A stretch of DNA of 64,000 nucleotides. Origin: Candidatus Peribacteria bacterium. GTDB taxonomy: Bacteria > Patescibacteriota > Gracilibacteria > Peribacterales > Peribacteraceae. Shown one piece after another: positions 46,166 through 56,699 of the stretch; the stretch's first letter is position 1, and every line of letters starts with the position of its first letter. The notes beneath the pieces are model-generated. The model was not told the DNA's origin, ran no database searches, and saw nothing but the letters and a program-made list of their open reading frames with translations. The translations under genes were made by a program, and so were the position numbers. Location: assembly GCA_041691135.1 (NCBI GenBank), contig JBEPVF010000001.1, positions 1 through 64,000 of the forward strand, written 5' to 3'.

Positions 46166-47191
46166 TTATTCTCCAGCGAGCGGATGCATCTGTTTGCGAA
46201 CAACAATCCAGAGTACAGCCGTGCTGAGGATAATCACCACCCACAGACCAGGGCCGCTATTGGCGGTGCTGGGTGTGTGCTGAATTTGTGACGCACCTGC
46301 ATGTAAGGCATCGCGCTTTAGGGATCCATCGGGATTGAAGGCGTCGGGGATCGGTTGACCGTTGGCATCGAAAGGATGTGTGTAATTGCTGCCGACCACA
46401 TAGGGGTTTTGCGGCAGAGCGGTACCGACGTTATTTTCTTCGGCCGATGCAGCGGGAACGGCATTCACGGGCTGCTCGGGAGCCGATGGGAGAAGACCGG
46501 ACGCAGTATCCGATGGCGGCGTCTGATCGAAGAGGGAAGGATCAGACGACACAGAGTCGTTGATGGAATCAGTTATATCTGTTGCAAACGAAACAGGATG
46601 AACAGTTTCCGCTGGTTGAGTATCGCTTGTTGGTTGCGAAACCGGTTGTCCGTTACCCTGAATATTGATCGTTCCGGCCAAGCCAGAATTGGTGGTCGAA
46701 GCGTACGTGTATGTTCCGGGAATTTGCGCGGCTGATAATGTCACACTTTGCGTGGCGCCCGGAAAAATAGCCGGAGTGCTCATCGGCGTGCCATCGGCTA
46801 CGAACAGCGTCTGTGATTCCAGCAGCTGTGGAATATCCGTGTCATTCCGGAAGGTGATGATTTGTCCAGGTTGGGCGGTAATACTTGCCGGGTCCACGCC
46901 AGTCTTTGTCAGGGCAATGGTGAGATCCTGCGGTGCAGTAGTGGCTGGGGGAGTCGTGACATTGATCTGGGCACGCATGCCGTTGATCTGTTGGTAAATA
47001 TCGTCCCAGCCATTCGAGTAGGTGATGCCGAGTACGACGGCAATCACGATGCCGATGGCGGCTGCCGGACGGCGGGACATATGTCCCGTGGCAATCGGAA
47101 TCGACATGTGTGACGAGTGTGACGGCGTGACAACCGCAGAGAGCGGAGCATCATCATCGCCGGTGGCATCCCAGTGCGGATGGAGATCCAT
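46166..47191 (-). CDS. cupredoxin-like fold surface protein with C-terminal TM anchor
   Basis: P.SITAQPGQ.ITF.N...PGTYTY...G.I; SGP-TM-basic tail. Confidence 0.65.
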   Translation of the reverse strand: MDLHPHWDATGDDDAPLSAVVTPSHSSHMSIPIATGHMSRRPAAAIGIVIAVVLGITYSNGWDDIYQQINGMRAQINVTTPPATTAPQDLTIALTKTGVDPASITAQPGQIITFRNDTDIPQLLESQTLFVADGTPMSTPAIFPGATQSVTLSAAQIPGTYTYASTTNSGLAGTINIQGNGQPVSQPTSDTQPAETVHPVSFATDITDSINDSVSSDPSLFDQTPPSDTASGLLPSAPEQPVNAVPAASAEENNVGTALPQNPYVVGSNYTHPFDANGQPIPDAFNPDGSLKRDALHAGASQIQHTPSTANSGPGLWVVIILSTAVLWIVVRKQMHPLAGE

Positions 47192-47192
47192 A

Positions 47193-48395
47193 TTAATGTG
47201 CGGATGAAGAGAGCTGCCGGCGGAACGCGAACAGGGTACCGATGCCTGCCGATGCAATCAGCAACAGAACGAACAGAGAGGGGAGTCCTGACTGTCCAGG
47301 CACGCCACTCGTGCCAATGGTTTTTCCTGTGAGCGGATTCTTACCGGTGCTGCCCGGAATTTTCCCCAACATGGGCGATGTGGACGTGGCCGGACTTCCG
47401 ACCTTCACGCCGACTTCCTGACTGAAGGCGCTCTCCTGATTGCTCTGATTCACGCCACGGACGGCCAGGTAGTACACCGTGTCCAGCGGCAAACCGCGCA
47501 ATGCCAGCGAGGTGATATCGGTTCCCACGCTCTTGCGTTGCAGATATTCGCCGGACTTCGTGCCGTAATAGACATTGTAACCTTGCAGCTCCGATGAACG
47601 GAGAGGATCCCATGCCACATAGATGGCGCTTCCTTCGGTCGTCACCGTCACGTGCTGCACTTGTAACAGGGTGAACGAACTTTGGACCGGAGCAGTGTCC
47701 GGTTGCTGGATGGTTGCCGGAGCAGAGCTGGCTTGCGTGCTGGCTTCTGAAGCATTGCTGCTGGTTGTAGCAGTGGCGCCGGTTGTTTGCAGGTACACGT
47801 GGAGTGAACTCTGTTGGGGTGCCAGCAAGTTCTGTTCGGTGGCTGCGTTTCCTGTCGTTACGTATGTATGTCCGTCCGTTCCCGACTTCACATCGAACAA
47901 ACTCAGTACGGTTGATCCGCCGCCGGGAACACTTTTGACGTGCAGCGTGATGCGGGCGATAGGCACAACGAAGCCTGATACGGGCTGCGTGGTGTTCATC
48001 GCTTGAATCTTAATGTAGCCGTCCTGTGCCGACACATCCGCTTCGCCTGGCGTAGTAACCGGGAACGATGGGGAGACGGTAACGGTATTACCATCAAGTA
48101 CACCCGAGTCGTAAGCGACCCAAGCGCGCACATGTTGTATCGGCGTGCCTGATGTATTGATGTATACCAGATCCATGTCGAGCGTATCACCGGTATGCAA
48201 AGGAGGAGTCTGAAGCGTGTGCGGATCTTCTACCAAATACTGCGGACATTGTTCCTGATCCTGCAATTCGCAGTGCGGGCGCAGCAGCAATTGTCCATCG
48301 GCATCGGCGGCGATGCTTACGTTGGGCAGGAATGAGCAGAGCATGCTGATCATCACAAGTAATACATTCCAACGATTGAATGAAGATGTTTTCAT
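47193..48395 (-). CDS. cohesin-like + fibronectin type III surface protein with C-terminal TM anchor
   Basis: VAYDSGVL...IARITLHVK cohesin-like strands; W.P....GYNVYYG...L..DTVYYLAVRGVN FN3. Confidence 0.72.
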   Translation of the reverse strand: MKTSSFNRWNVLLVMISMLCSFLPNVSIAADADGQLLLRPHCELQDQEQCPQYLVEDPHTLQTPPLHTGDTLDMDLVYINTSGTPIQHVRAWVAYDSGVLDGNTVTVSPSFPVTTPGEADVSAQDGYIKIQAMNTTQPVSGFVVPIARITLHVKSVPGGGSTVLSLFDVKSGTDGHTYVTTGNAATEQNLLAPQQSSLHVYLQTTGATATTSSNASEASTQASSAPATIQQPDTAPVQSSFTLLQVQHVTVTTEGSAIYVAWDPLRSSELQGYNVYYGTKSGEYLQRKSVGTDITSLALRGLPLDTVYYLAVRGVNQSNQESAFSQEVGVKVGSPATSTSPMLGKIPGSTGKNPLTGKTIGTSGVPGQSGLPSLFVLLLIASAGIGTLFAFRRQLSSSAH

Positions 48396-48727
48396 TGGCG
48401 GGGGGTGAGGGAGGCGAGAAGCCACAGCGCATCGCGCAGAGTAAGTTCGTGGTCCCCATCAAGGTCGGTGATTTTCCACTGCGTGGCCGCCGCATCATCC
48501 TGTCCGAGTACGGAAAGGAGCGATAATATACTTTCGCGATCAATGGCGGGTTTGGAATTCATATTGCTTGTATCGGCAGGAGTACGTGCGCTTGCCGAAC
48601 CGGGCACGAGAGCGTCCAGGGTATCCGGCGTATACAGACCCGCGGCAAAAGAACTGACAATCGATAGAATGCCGATGACCGACAGGCTCAGAAATATACG
48701 AAACTTGGGATGTATGTGTATGCGCAT
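48392..48727 (-). CDS. small secreted protein with a dockerin/EF-hand-like motif
   Basis: DLDGDHELTLRDALWLL. Confidence 0.55.
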   Translation of the reverse strand: MRIHIHPKFRIFLSLSVIGILSIVSSFAAGLYTPDTLDALVPGSASARTPADTSNMNSKPAIDRESILSLLSVLGQDDAAATQWKITDLDGDHELTLRDALWLLASLTPRQ

Positions 48728-48865
48728 TTCCTCTTATTATAGCCGTTTTTACGGTTTCCCTCAATCGTGTGGAAGTTGACCTAAGTATTAATATATGTCG
48801 TAAATTATAATAAGAATCTTCCAATCCGTCTCCACCGAATGCATTGAATAGGGCAGTATACGTAT

Positions 48866-49834
48866 ATGGCTGCTTTATACTTCTTTACCGGCGAAAATGA
48901 GTACGTTCTGCGGCTCGAGAAACACAAATGGATGCAGGAATTCATTCAAAAGCACGGAGCCGATAATTTGCTTCTCTTAGATGGTGCCACCCTCGTATTC
49001 CGGGCCCTCCTCGACGAAGTCTCCGTCGCTCCTTTTATCGCGGCGAAGCGACTGGTGATCATTAACGGCATGCCGAAGTTTTCGAAAGAAGAAATAGAAT
49101 CACTCGAGCGTGATATGCATGAGGATACGATTCTTGTTATCAGTGATCCCAAACCCGACAAGCGCCTGGCCGGTACCAAATCTCTGCTTGCGACGGCGAC
49201 GGTCAAAGAGTTTCCGGTACTCAGCGGGAATGCATTGCAGTCATGGGTGCAGTCGCAGATCACAGCCGGCGGCAAAGCAATAGATCCGGCGGCTCTTACG
49301 CTGCTCCTTCTCCGTGTTGGTGATAATCAGGACATGCTGTATCAGGAAGTGGCGAAGCTCACGCTCGGTGTCGTCGCTGAACGGATTACTGCAAGGGATG
49401 TTGAGCGGCTCACGCTGGCGTCGGCGGAACAGGAAGTATGGACACTCACAAATTTACTCGCCGGCGGAAAACGCGAAGAAGCATTGGTCTTTGCTTCCTC
49501 GCTGCTTGATCGCGGGGAAGACGCCTTTTCGGTCTGGGCCATTCTGCTCTGGATGCTCAAAAATCTGGTGGCCACCGTCGCAGCCGTGGACGAAGGAAAA
49601 CGTAATCCGGCAGTTATTGCCAGCGAGTATGGCGTGCCGTTCCCCTCGGCAAAGACATTATTGCCGTGCGCGCAGGGTATCCGGATCGCATCACTCGGAA
49701 CATTCGTCGCCTGGGCCGCCGAAACGGACATCGCCCTCAAAACGGGAGGCTATCGTGCCACGCAGGAATTTCCGCAAGAAGTGAGAGCGTTGATTGATCG
49801 GTTTGTGATCGGATTTTCGACACTCGTTCACTGA
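48866..49834 (+). CDS. holA: DNA polymerase III delta subunit
   Basis: LYFFTGENEY, PF.A.KRLVI, DKR, QEVAKL, D.ALKTG. Confidence 0.88.
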   Translation: MAALYFFTGENEYVLRLEKHKWMQEFIQKHGADNLLLLDGATLVFRALLDEVSVAPFIAAKRLVIINGMPKFSKEEIESLERDMHEDTILVISDPKPDKRLAGTKSLLATATVKEFPVLSGNALQSWVQSQITAGGKAIDPAALTLLLLRVGDNQDMLYQEVAKLTLGVVAERITARDVERLTLASAEQEVWTLTNLLAGGKREEALVFASSLLDRGEDAFSVWAILLWMLKNLVATVAAVDEGKRNPAVIASEYGVPFPSAKTLLPCAQGIRIASLGTFVAWAAETDIALKTGGYRATQEFPQEVRALIDRFVIGFSTLVH

Positions 49835-49938
49835 AGACGAAGCACTAAGGGCCAAACAAAAACCAAATACAAAAAGAAAACGTTTCGTTTTTGAAGAAGT
49901 ATTCTTCGTACTTTCCTGTCTCTTGGTTTTTCGAGTTT
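49834..49938. repeat. degenerate heptamer-periodic palindromic repeat
   Basis: GAAGACG AAGCACT AAGGGCC AAACAAA AACCAAA TACAAAA followed by a T-rich mirror arm. Confidence 0.45.
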
Positions 49939-50316
49939 TTATGCCGACTGAATTTTCTCCAGAATCGCATCTGCACTATCATCTCCCTGATCCGACAGTT
50001 CCTGCTTCTTTAATTCTTCACGTCGCTGCCGGCGGTCTTCGGCAGTCTGAGGATTCGGTTGGGCTATCTGCTCGATCTGTTTGGAGTATTTGTCATCGAT
50101 CGCCGCAAGTTGGTGCTTCTCGTTTTCCAAAATTTCCTTCAGGTTCTGAATCTGATCAGGAGTCATCACCGGCAGGATGTTGATCCAGTACTGCCGTTCC
50201 TCATTATTCATGCTCTCGGATTGCTTAATCAATTCGATGAGATCGCCATGCTGAGCTTGAACGTCAGCTGGAATGGTAAGTCCGCTCTGGCCAGTGCTTG
50301 TCGTATTGTCCGTCAT
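49939..50316 (-). CDS. hypothetical helical protein
   Basis: LIELI..SESM..EERQYW..ILP.M. Confidence 0.7.
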   Translation of the reverse strand: MTDNTTSTGQSGLTIPADVQAQHGDLIELIKQSESMNNEERQYWINILPVMTPDQIQNLKEILENEKHQLAAIDDKYSKQIEQIAQPNPQTAEDRRQRREELKKQELSDQGDDSADAILEKIQSA

Positions 50317-50430
50317 CAGACAAAGATTACGGCGAATGAGTGAAAAGTGCAAAAAAGCCGGACGCTATCTCTGGACGATCATTAAACGCTCAATCGTTTG
50401 AATCGGCCGAAGACATCTGGATTTCGGTTG

Positions 50431-50982
50431 CTATGACACCTGCAGAACCTCGTATTCCACGATTCCCGACGGCGTCGTCACGTCCACCGTATCGCCTTTC
50501 TGCCTGCCGAGCAGGGATTTACCGATAGGCGATTCGTTGCTGATTTTGTGATCAAGCGGATCAGCTTCGGTGGTGCCGACGATGGTGTACTTCTCGGCTG
50601 CTTCGTTGCCACTCTGATTTTGCAGAGACACGGTCGATCCGATATCTATGACCTTGCCGCCGCGTTTCGTCGTTTCGACCTTTTTCTCCGAGATAATCTT
50701 GGCATTCTTCACTTTCTGCTCGAGTTCCAAAATGCGTCCTTCTACGAAGGCTTGCTCATTTTTGGCTTCTTCGTATTCGGAGTTTTCGGAGAGGTCTCCG
50801 TAGGAAATCGCTTCCTTCAAGCGCTGCGCCACTTCTTGGCGACGAGCAGTCTTGAGTTCATCCAGTTCATCTTTCAACTTCTTCAGTCCTTCTTTGGTGA
50901 CAAGAGTTTGATCGTCGTCGCCAAAATTTCCGTCACCGGAAGAAGCTTGGTCGTCGTCGAGGAGAATATCATCATCAGCCAT
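50431..50982 (-). CDS. greA: transcription elongation factor GreA
   Basis: GDLSENSEYEEAK, IS.ESPIGKSLLG. Confidence 0.96.
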   Translation of the reverse strand: MADDDILLDDDQASSGDGNFGDDDQTLVTKEGLKKLKDELDELKTARRQEVAQRLKEAISYGDLSENSEYEEAKNEQAFVEGRILELEQKVKNAKIISEKKVETTKRGGKVIDIGSTVSLQNQSGNEAAEKYTIVGTTEADPLDHKISNESPIGKSLLGRQKGDTVDVTTPSGIVEYEVLQVS

Positions 50983-51129
50983 GAGAAAAACGGGGAAAGC
51001 TCGGGTATTGTAGTGAATTAACAGGTGTTGGCAAGTTGAAGAAACCGATGAAGTCGAGGGAACCGCAGAAGCCGAGGAGATGAGGATTATCCGAGGGCGA
51101 CCTCTTATTTTCTACTCCTGGTGCCATTA

Positions 51130-54100
51130 TTAACTTTCCCTCAACAAATCCGGCCAACGCATGGTGGGGAGATCTTCGACCTTCTCTTGGACCAGGGCCT
51201 CAACCAAGCGTTTGGCGAGTTGCACGTTGGTGACGAGTGAAATGCCATGATCAGTGGCGATGCGGCGGATGAAGTAGCCGTCGGTTTGTTCGGGCGTGCT
51301 GAAGTGCGTGGGGATATTGATGACCAGATCAATGCGCTTCTGTTCCAGGTACTCGCGGATATTGGGACTGCGCGGTTCGGAAACCTTATGCAGTAACGCC
51401 GAAGGAATATTGCGGCTGGTCAAAAATTCGTGCGTGCGCTCGGTGGCGAAGAAGGAGTATCCCAGTTCATGCAGTTGTTGGATGGATGGCAGCATGTCCA
51501 TCTTGTCTTCGAGCGAGCCGATGGTGACCAGAATATTCTTCTTTGGAATTTTGAAGCCGACGGCGAGCATCGAAATGAGCAATGCCTGCTCGGCGTTCGT
51601 GCCGAAACTCGCAACTTCGCCGGTGCTGGCCATCTCCACGCCCAATCGCGGGTCCGCGCCTTTGAGTCGGCTGAAACTGAACTGAGCGGCTTTGACACCG
51701 ACGTGATCGAGGTCGATGGTCTGATAGCGTTGATCGGTCGGTGCAACTCCAAGCAAAGCCTGTGTCGCCAATGCCGCGAAGTTCACGCCTGTCACTTTGC
51801 TGGCGAATGGAAAACTCCGGCTTGCGCGCAAGTTGCATTCGATCACTTTGAGTCGGTTGTTTTTTGCTAATAACTGAAGGTTGAACGGCCCGGAAATCTC
51901 CAGACCAAGACAGATATTTTTGGCGATCTGCTTCAGTTGTCTCAGCGTGGCGACGTTCACCCGCTGCGGTGGCAATACAATGGTCGCATCTCCCGAGTGC
52001 ACGCCTGCATTTTCGATGTGTTCCGAGATGGCGTACAGCAGCAATTTGCCGTTTTGCGCCACGCCGTCGAACTCGATTTCCTTGGCGCCCAGCTCGAATT
52101 TCGAGATCACGACCGGCGCCTCTTTACTCACCAGCGCCGCCTGCTTGATGAATTCTTCCAGATCATCGCTGGAGTGCACCACGGCCATTGCCGCTCCGGA
52201 TAACACGTAACTCGGACGGACGATGACGGGATAGCCTACGCTCGTCGCGAATGTTTTGGCTGAGGCGATGTCGGCAAATTCCTTCCACTCCGGCTGGTCC
52301 ACTTTTATGTCATCCAGAAGCGTGCTGAACTTATGCCGGCTCTCGGCGCGGTCAATGCTTTCGGGCGACGTGCCGAGGATCGGAATACCTTTGGCCGCCA
52401 GTTTCTTGGCGAGCGAATTCGGAATCTGTCCGCCCATCGATACCACCACGCCCATCGGTTGTATCAACTCGATGATATCGCGGACGCGTTCTTCGGTCAG
52501 CTGCTCGAAGAACAATGTATCGCACTCATCGTAATCGGTGCTTACCGTTTCCGGATTCGAGTTGATCATCACCACTTTGTATCCCTGTCGCTGCAGTTCA
52601 TGCGTAGCCTGCACGCAGCACCAGTCGAATTCGACCGAAGAACCGATGGAATAGGGGCCGCCTCCTAAGACGATCACATACGGGTGGTCGGCGGCCAGTG
52701 ATGAGCTGTCAGAATGTTCTTTCTCTTCACCGCTGATCAATGACTTCTGATCACTGAATACGACGTCATGCTCTTCTGCATGGTATGTCATGTATAAATA
52801 ATTCGTATGCGCCGGAAATTCTCCACCGAGTGTGTCGACTTGTTTGATGAACGGCGTGATGTTCCATTCTTTGCGCATGTTGCGAATGTCTTCCGCTTTC
52901 GTTTCGCGAAGCTGCGCGATGGATGTGTCGGAGAAACCGGCTCGTTTTGCGGTGCGGAGCGTCTCCCGATCAAGCGGCGAAAGCTTATTCTTGAACATGT
53001 CGCGCGCCAATTGACCGCAATTGCGGACGCGCTGAAGGAACCAAGGATCAATGCCGGTGGCGATATTCACTTCTTCCACCGACCAGTCGCCCTGCAATAC
53101 TTGTGCCACCGCGAACAGACGCCGCGGAGTGGGGCGCTTTACTTCCCGATTCACATCCTCGAACTGGATAGGCACCGGATACAGACCGTCGGCGCCGATG
53201 TTGAGCATGCGTATTGCTTTTTGCAGTGCTTCCTCGAACGTGCGGCCGAGCGCCATCACTTCGCCTACTGATTTCATCTCGCTCGTCACCTGATCCGATA
53301 CGAAGCGGAATTTCTGTAAATCCCAGCGTGGCATTTTGACAGCCACGTAGTCGAGCGACGGTTCGAAGTCGGCGCTCGTCACTTGCGTGATGGCGTTTTT
53401 GAGTGCCGGTAATGTGTGGCCAAGCGCCAGTTTGGCGGCGACGAACGCGAGCGGATAACCGGTTGCCTTGGACGCCAGAGCCGAACTGCGGCTGAGACGC
53501 GCGTTAACTTCGATCACGCGATACTTGCGCGACTTGGGATGCAATGCGTACTGAATGTTGCACTCACCCACGATCTGTAGATGGCGAATCACTTTGAGCG
53601 CGATATTGCGGAGCATCTGGTACTCAAAATTATCAAGCGTCTGACTCGGCGCCACCACGATCGATTCGCCGGTGTGAATGCCGAGCGGATCGACGTTCTC
53701 CATGTTGCAGACAGTGATGCAGTTGTCGACGCCGTCGCGCACGACTTCGTACTCGATCTCTTTCCAGCCGGTCAGATCTTCTTCGATCAGCACTTGATGC
53801 GATTCCACGAAGGCAACTTTGAGCAGCTCTTTCAATTCCTCCTCATTCTGCGCCCGTCCGCTTCCTTTACCGCCGAGTGCGAAGGCGGCGCGCGTGATCA
53901 CCGGGTAACCGATTTTGATGGCAGCGGCCAAGGCGGTGTCCATGGATTCACATGCTTCGGAGACGGGCATCTCGACACCGATGCTGCGGAGTTCCTGATT
54001 GAAGAGCGCACGGTCCTCGGTTTTCCGAATGCTCTCTACCGGTGTCCCCAGTACCTGAATGCCGTATTTTTCCAGGATTCCGGAATCATTGAGTTGTACG

Positions 54101-54444
54101 CCGCAATTGAGCGCCGTCTGTCCGCCAAAGCTCAGCGCGATGGCATCGGGCTTCTCCTTCTTAATGATGTCTTCCACGAACTGCGGCGTCACCGGCACGA
54201 AGTATACGCAGTCTGCCAATCCCCAGCTCGTCTGATTGGTGGCGATGTTGGGGTTGATGAGCACGATTCGTTTCCCCTCTTCCTTAAATGCTTTGATGGC
54301 CTGGCTGCCGGAGTAATCGAATTCACCGGCCTCGCCGATCTTGAGCGCCCCCGATCCGAGCAGCAGAATCGTCTTAATTTTTGAAAAATCAGCCCCCGTG
54401 CCCTGTTCAGGCTTCGGAGAGCCGGTTACGTTCGCTGCGGTCAT
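51130..54444 (-). CDS. carB: carbamoyl-phosphate synthase large subunit
   Basis: GSG.LKIGEAGEFDYSG, two ATP-grasp halves, NPETVSTDYD, MGS domain. Confidence 0.97.
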   Translation of the reverse strand: MTAANVTGSPKPEQGTGADFSKIKTILLLGSGALKIGEAGEFDYSGSQAIKAFKEEGKRIVLINPNIATNQTSWGLADCVYFVPVTPQFVEDIIKKEKPDAIALSFGGQTALNCGVQLNDSGILEKYGIQVLGTPVESIRKTEDRALFNQELRSIGVEMPVSEACESMDTALAAAIKIGYPVITRAAFALGGKGSGRAQNEEELKELLKVAFVESHQVLIEEDLTGWKEIEYEVVRDGVDNCITVCNMENVDPLGIHTGESIVVAPSQTLDNFEYQMLRNIALKVIRHLQIVGECNIQYALHPKSRKYRVIEVNARLSRSSALASKATGYPLAFVAAKLALGHTLPALKNAITQVTSADFEPSLDYVAVKMPRWDLQKFRFVSDQVTSEMKSVGEVMALGRTFEEALQKAIRMLNIGADGLYPVPIQFEDVNREVKRPTPRRLFAVAQVLQGDWSVEEVNIATGIDPWFLQRVRNCGQLARDMFKNKLSPLDRETLRTAKRAGFSDTSIAQLRETKAEDIRNMRKEWNITPFIKQVDTLGGEFPAHTNYLYMTYHAEEHDVVFSDQKSLISGEEKEHSDSSSLAADHPYVIVLGGGPYSIGSSVEFDWCCVQATHELQRQGYKVVMINSNPETVSTDYDECDTLFFEQLTEERVRDIIELIQPMGVVVSMGGQIPNSLAKKLAAKGIPILGTSPESIDRAESRHKFSTLLDDIKVDQPEWKEFADIASAKTFATSVGYPVIVRPSYVLSGAAMAVVHSSDDLEEFIKQAALVSKEAPVVISKFELGAKEIEFDGVAQNGKLLLYAISEHIENAGVHSGDATIVLPPQRVNVATLRQLKQIAKNICLGLEISGPFNLQLLAKNNRLKVIECNLRASRSFPFASKVTGVNFAALATQALLGVAPTDQRYQTIDLDHVGVKAAQFSFSRLKGADPRLGVEMASTGEVASFGTNAEQALLISMLAVGFKIPKKNILVTIGSLEDKMDMLPSIQQLHELGYSFFATERTHEFLTSRNIPSALLHKVSEPRSPNIREYLEQKRIDLVINIPTHFSTPEQTDGYFIRRIATDHGISLVTNVQLAKRLVEALVQEKVEDLPTMRWPDLLRES

Positions 54445-54600
54445 GTCCGCGGCAGAGTAGGGGAGAATTGAAGCGTGGGCAAGCGAAAGAAAATCATCCG
54501 CTCACTGATTTTGCACTCATAAACGTACCTCGCATCGTGCAAGTCTTTTTTTGGCGTAACTCTCCTGACAAAAACATCCGTATGGTACAGTGACGTTCAG

Positions 54601-55452
54601 ATGAAATACGCATTCCCTCTCACATTGTTGTCATTCGCCATTGTTCCCAACGCATTGGCGGCGAGTGGCAGTTACGTGTCGCTTCAGAAGAATCTCCAGA
54701 CCGTGTCGCCGCTGCTGCAGCAGGATGTGGATCAATTGCATCAGGAAGACAATGATGCGCAGGAAATCGAAGCGAAAGATCTGTTTCCGCTCAGCGACTC
54801 CGGCGCCACGGATCAGCGGCCGAGTGTCCAGCCGGGACAGAAAAATTTGACGGTGGTGATCGGCACGGCGAGCGTTACTTTTTCCGACGTACCGCTTGTC
54901 AGTTGGTTTGCACCATATGTGCGGGAAGCGGCCGAGCGGGGGATTGTGTCGGGGTATAAAGATGCGAACGGAAATTATTTGGGTATCTACGGGCCGGAAA
55001 GAAATGTGTCCGTGGAGGAGCTGGCAAAAATGGCGGTGAAGGCCGCATTGATCGTGGAATCATCCTGCGGAACGACCGTCAAGAATCCGGGTGCGCAGAC
55101 CAGCTGGTCGCGCCCCTACATCACATGTGCCGAACAGGCGAATTGGTCGATCTATAATGATGAGAATCTGCGCATTACCCGGCCTGCCACGCGTGCCGAA
55201 GTCATAGCCACATTGATGGATGCCTTCAAGATCGAATACAGCGACCGCATCGTCGCCGGGTCCGTCTTCAAGGACGTGAAGGATTCCACTCGTTTCGCTT
55301 CGGCTATCGAGAAGGCCATTGTCGACGGGATCGTATCCGGGTATACCAATCCGGATGGCTCGAGGACCGGTTACTTCGGACCGAATAACCCGGTAACTCG
55401 TGCGGAAGTGGCAAAGATGATCACCATGGTTATCCAGAAATATTCTCAATGA
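54601..55452 (+). CDS. SLH-domain protein
   Basis: FSDVP..WFA.YV, GIVSGY, TRAEVAKM. Confidence 0.88.
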   Translation: MKYAFPLTLLSFAIVPNALAASGSYVSLQKNLQTVSPLLQQDVDQLHQEDNDAQEIEAKDLFPLSDSGATDQRPSVQPGQKNLTVVIGTASVTFSDVPLVSWFAPYVREAAERGIVSGYKDANGNYLGIYGPERNVSVEELAKMAVKAALIVESSCGTTVKNPGAQTSWSRPYITCAEQANWSIYNDENLRITRPATRAEVIATLMDAFKIEYSDRIVAGSVFKDVKDSTRFASAIEKAIVDGIVSGYTNPDGSRTGYFGPNNPVTRAEVAKMITMVIQKYSQ

Positions 55453-55515
55453 GGAATTCAAGGGATCCGACCATTCTGAAAAATCGCGGTACACAATTCT
55501 CGTTAGATTCTTTTG

Positions 55516-56514
55516 CTACGCATTCCCTCTCTCTTGCGCCAAATGTTCTTCCAGATGTTGGTCTGACGGATGTGTTCCCAGAAATTCCAGTGTGATCGTT
55601 CCCAGCAGAATCAAAAATCCGCCGGCAATGTGATACCAGTGCAGCGGCTCGTGTAAGTACAAATGCGCGAACAGCATGGCACCGATGATTTCGAAAGAAA
55701 TGAAGAATGAAACGGTCGAAACGGGCAGCCTATCCATGGCCTGATAGAAGGTGAAAATATTTACAAACTGCGCAATGAAACAATAGCCGAGCAGCGCGGG
55801 AATCAGGAACAGAGGAAAAGCATGTATTTCCTGACCGAAGGTTTCCGGCAAAAACGGCGCCAGGAGAAAGAATGCCGCAATACTGGTGATCGATCGCCAG
55901 AGAATAACAATTTCGGCCGGTATGCCGTGCAGGTACATTCTGAACAACATGCTGCCGACCGCGTAGACGAAACAGGAGAGTATAATCAACAGATCCCCCG
56001 AATGGAGTTTCATGCCGATGGACCCGCCGTGAAGCATGATGCACAGTATGCCGATGACGATGATGATGCCGCCGATCACATGTCCGCGAGTCCATTGCTC
56101 CTTCAGGAAAATAAAAGCCAGAAAAAGCATGAATATCATTTCCATCCTGCCGAACAGGGCCGAATTGATGGCGGTAGTCGTCTGCAGTCCGGTGAACCAA
56201 AGGAAAGGAGCGAGAACGCCACTCGTGACGCCTACGGCTATCAGTATCGGCCAGGTCCTGCGCGGAATGTGCGTCAGTTTTTTGACCGACGGCAGGACGC
56301 CGAACGAAAACAGCACTATGACGGCGATCAACGTCTGGCTTACGAATAGCAAGGACAGCGGAGAAAGAGCCGACGAAATATTCTTGGCGAAGCCATTATA
56401 GGTCGAACTCGAAAGGACTGTGATGATCAATGAGCCCCAGCCAATCGTTGTCTCCGTCAACAGAGTCGGACGGCGCCATGTGAAGGCCGGTATCTGACGG
56501 AGAGAAATGTGCAT
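55516..56514 (-). CDS. EamA/DMT-family transporter
   Basis: About 10 TM segments, LAFIFLKE and LHEPL repeats. Confidence 0.88.
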   Translation of the reverse strand: MHISLRQIPAFTWRRPTLLTETTIGWGSLIITVLSSSTYNGFAKNISSALSPLSLLFVSQTLIAVIVLFSFGVLPSVKKLTHIPRRTWPILIAVGVTSGVLAPFLWFTGLQTTTAINSALFGRMEMIFMLFLAFIFLKEQWTRGHVIGGIIIVIGILCIMLHGGSIGMKLHSGDLLIILSCFVYAVGSMLFRMYLHGIPAEIVILWRSITSIAAFFLLAPFLPETFGQEIHAFPLFLIPALLGYCFIAQFVNIFTFYQAMDRLPVSTVSFFISFEIIGAMLFAHLYLHEPLHWYHIAGGFLILLGTITLEFLGTHPSDQHLEEHLAQERGNA

Positions 56515-56566
56515 TTGAAGTAATATTATAACATAAAAATAGGATTATTGGAATAGAGCAACCTAT

Positions 56567-56675
56567 GAAGAACCAAGAGCCCAGAGCCAAACAGGCACGA
56601 AATTCGAAATGCGAAAAATCCAATTGTTCGTCCTTTGCGGTTCGAATTTTGAATTCACTGATTCTTGGCTCTTTT
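56567..56675. repeat. heptamer-periodic palindromic repeat
   Basis: AAGAACC AAGAGCC CAGAGCC ... CACGAAA TTCGAAA TGCGAAA ... TTCGAAT TTTGAAT ... TTCTTGG CTCTTTT. Confidence 0.6.
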
Positions 56676-56699
56676 CCGACGAAACTGTACTCTCCCTGC

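Noticed and set aside
53581-54384. Long antisense ORFs (also 380-1159, 26727-27506, 35781-36494, 42810-43511, 58201-58941)
   Set aside because: Shadow frames of well-supported genes in GC-rich sequence.
51130-54444. carB without carA as a novelty
   Set aside because: carA may lie elsewhere in the genome; this cannot be judged from one window.
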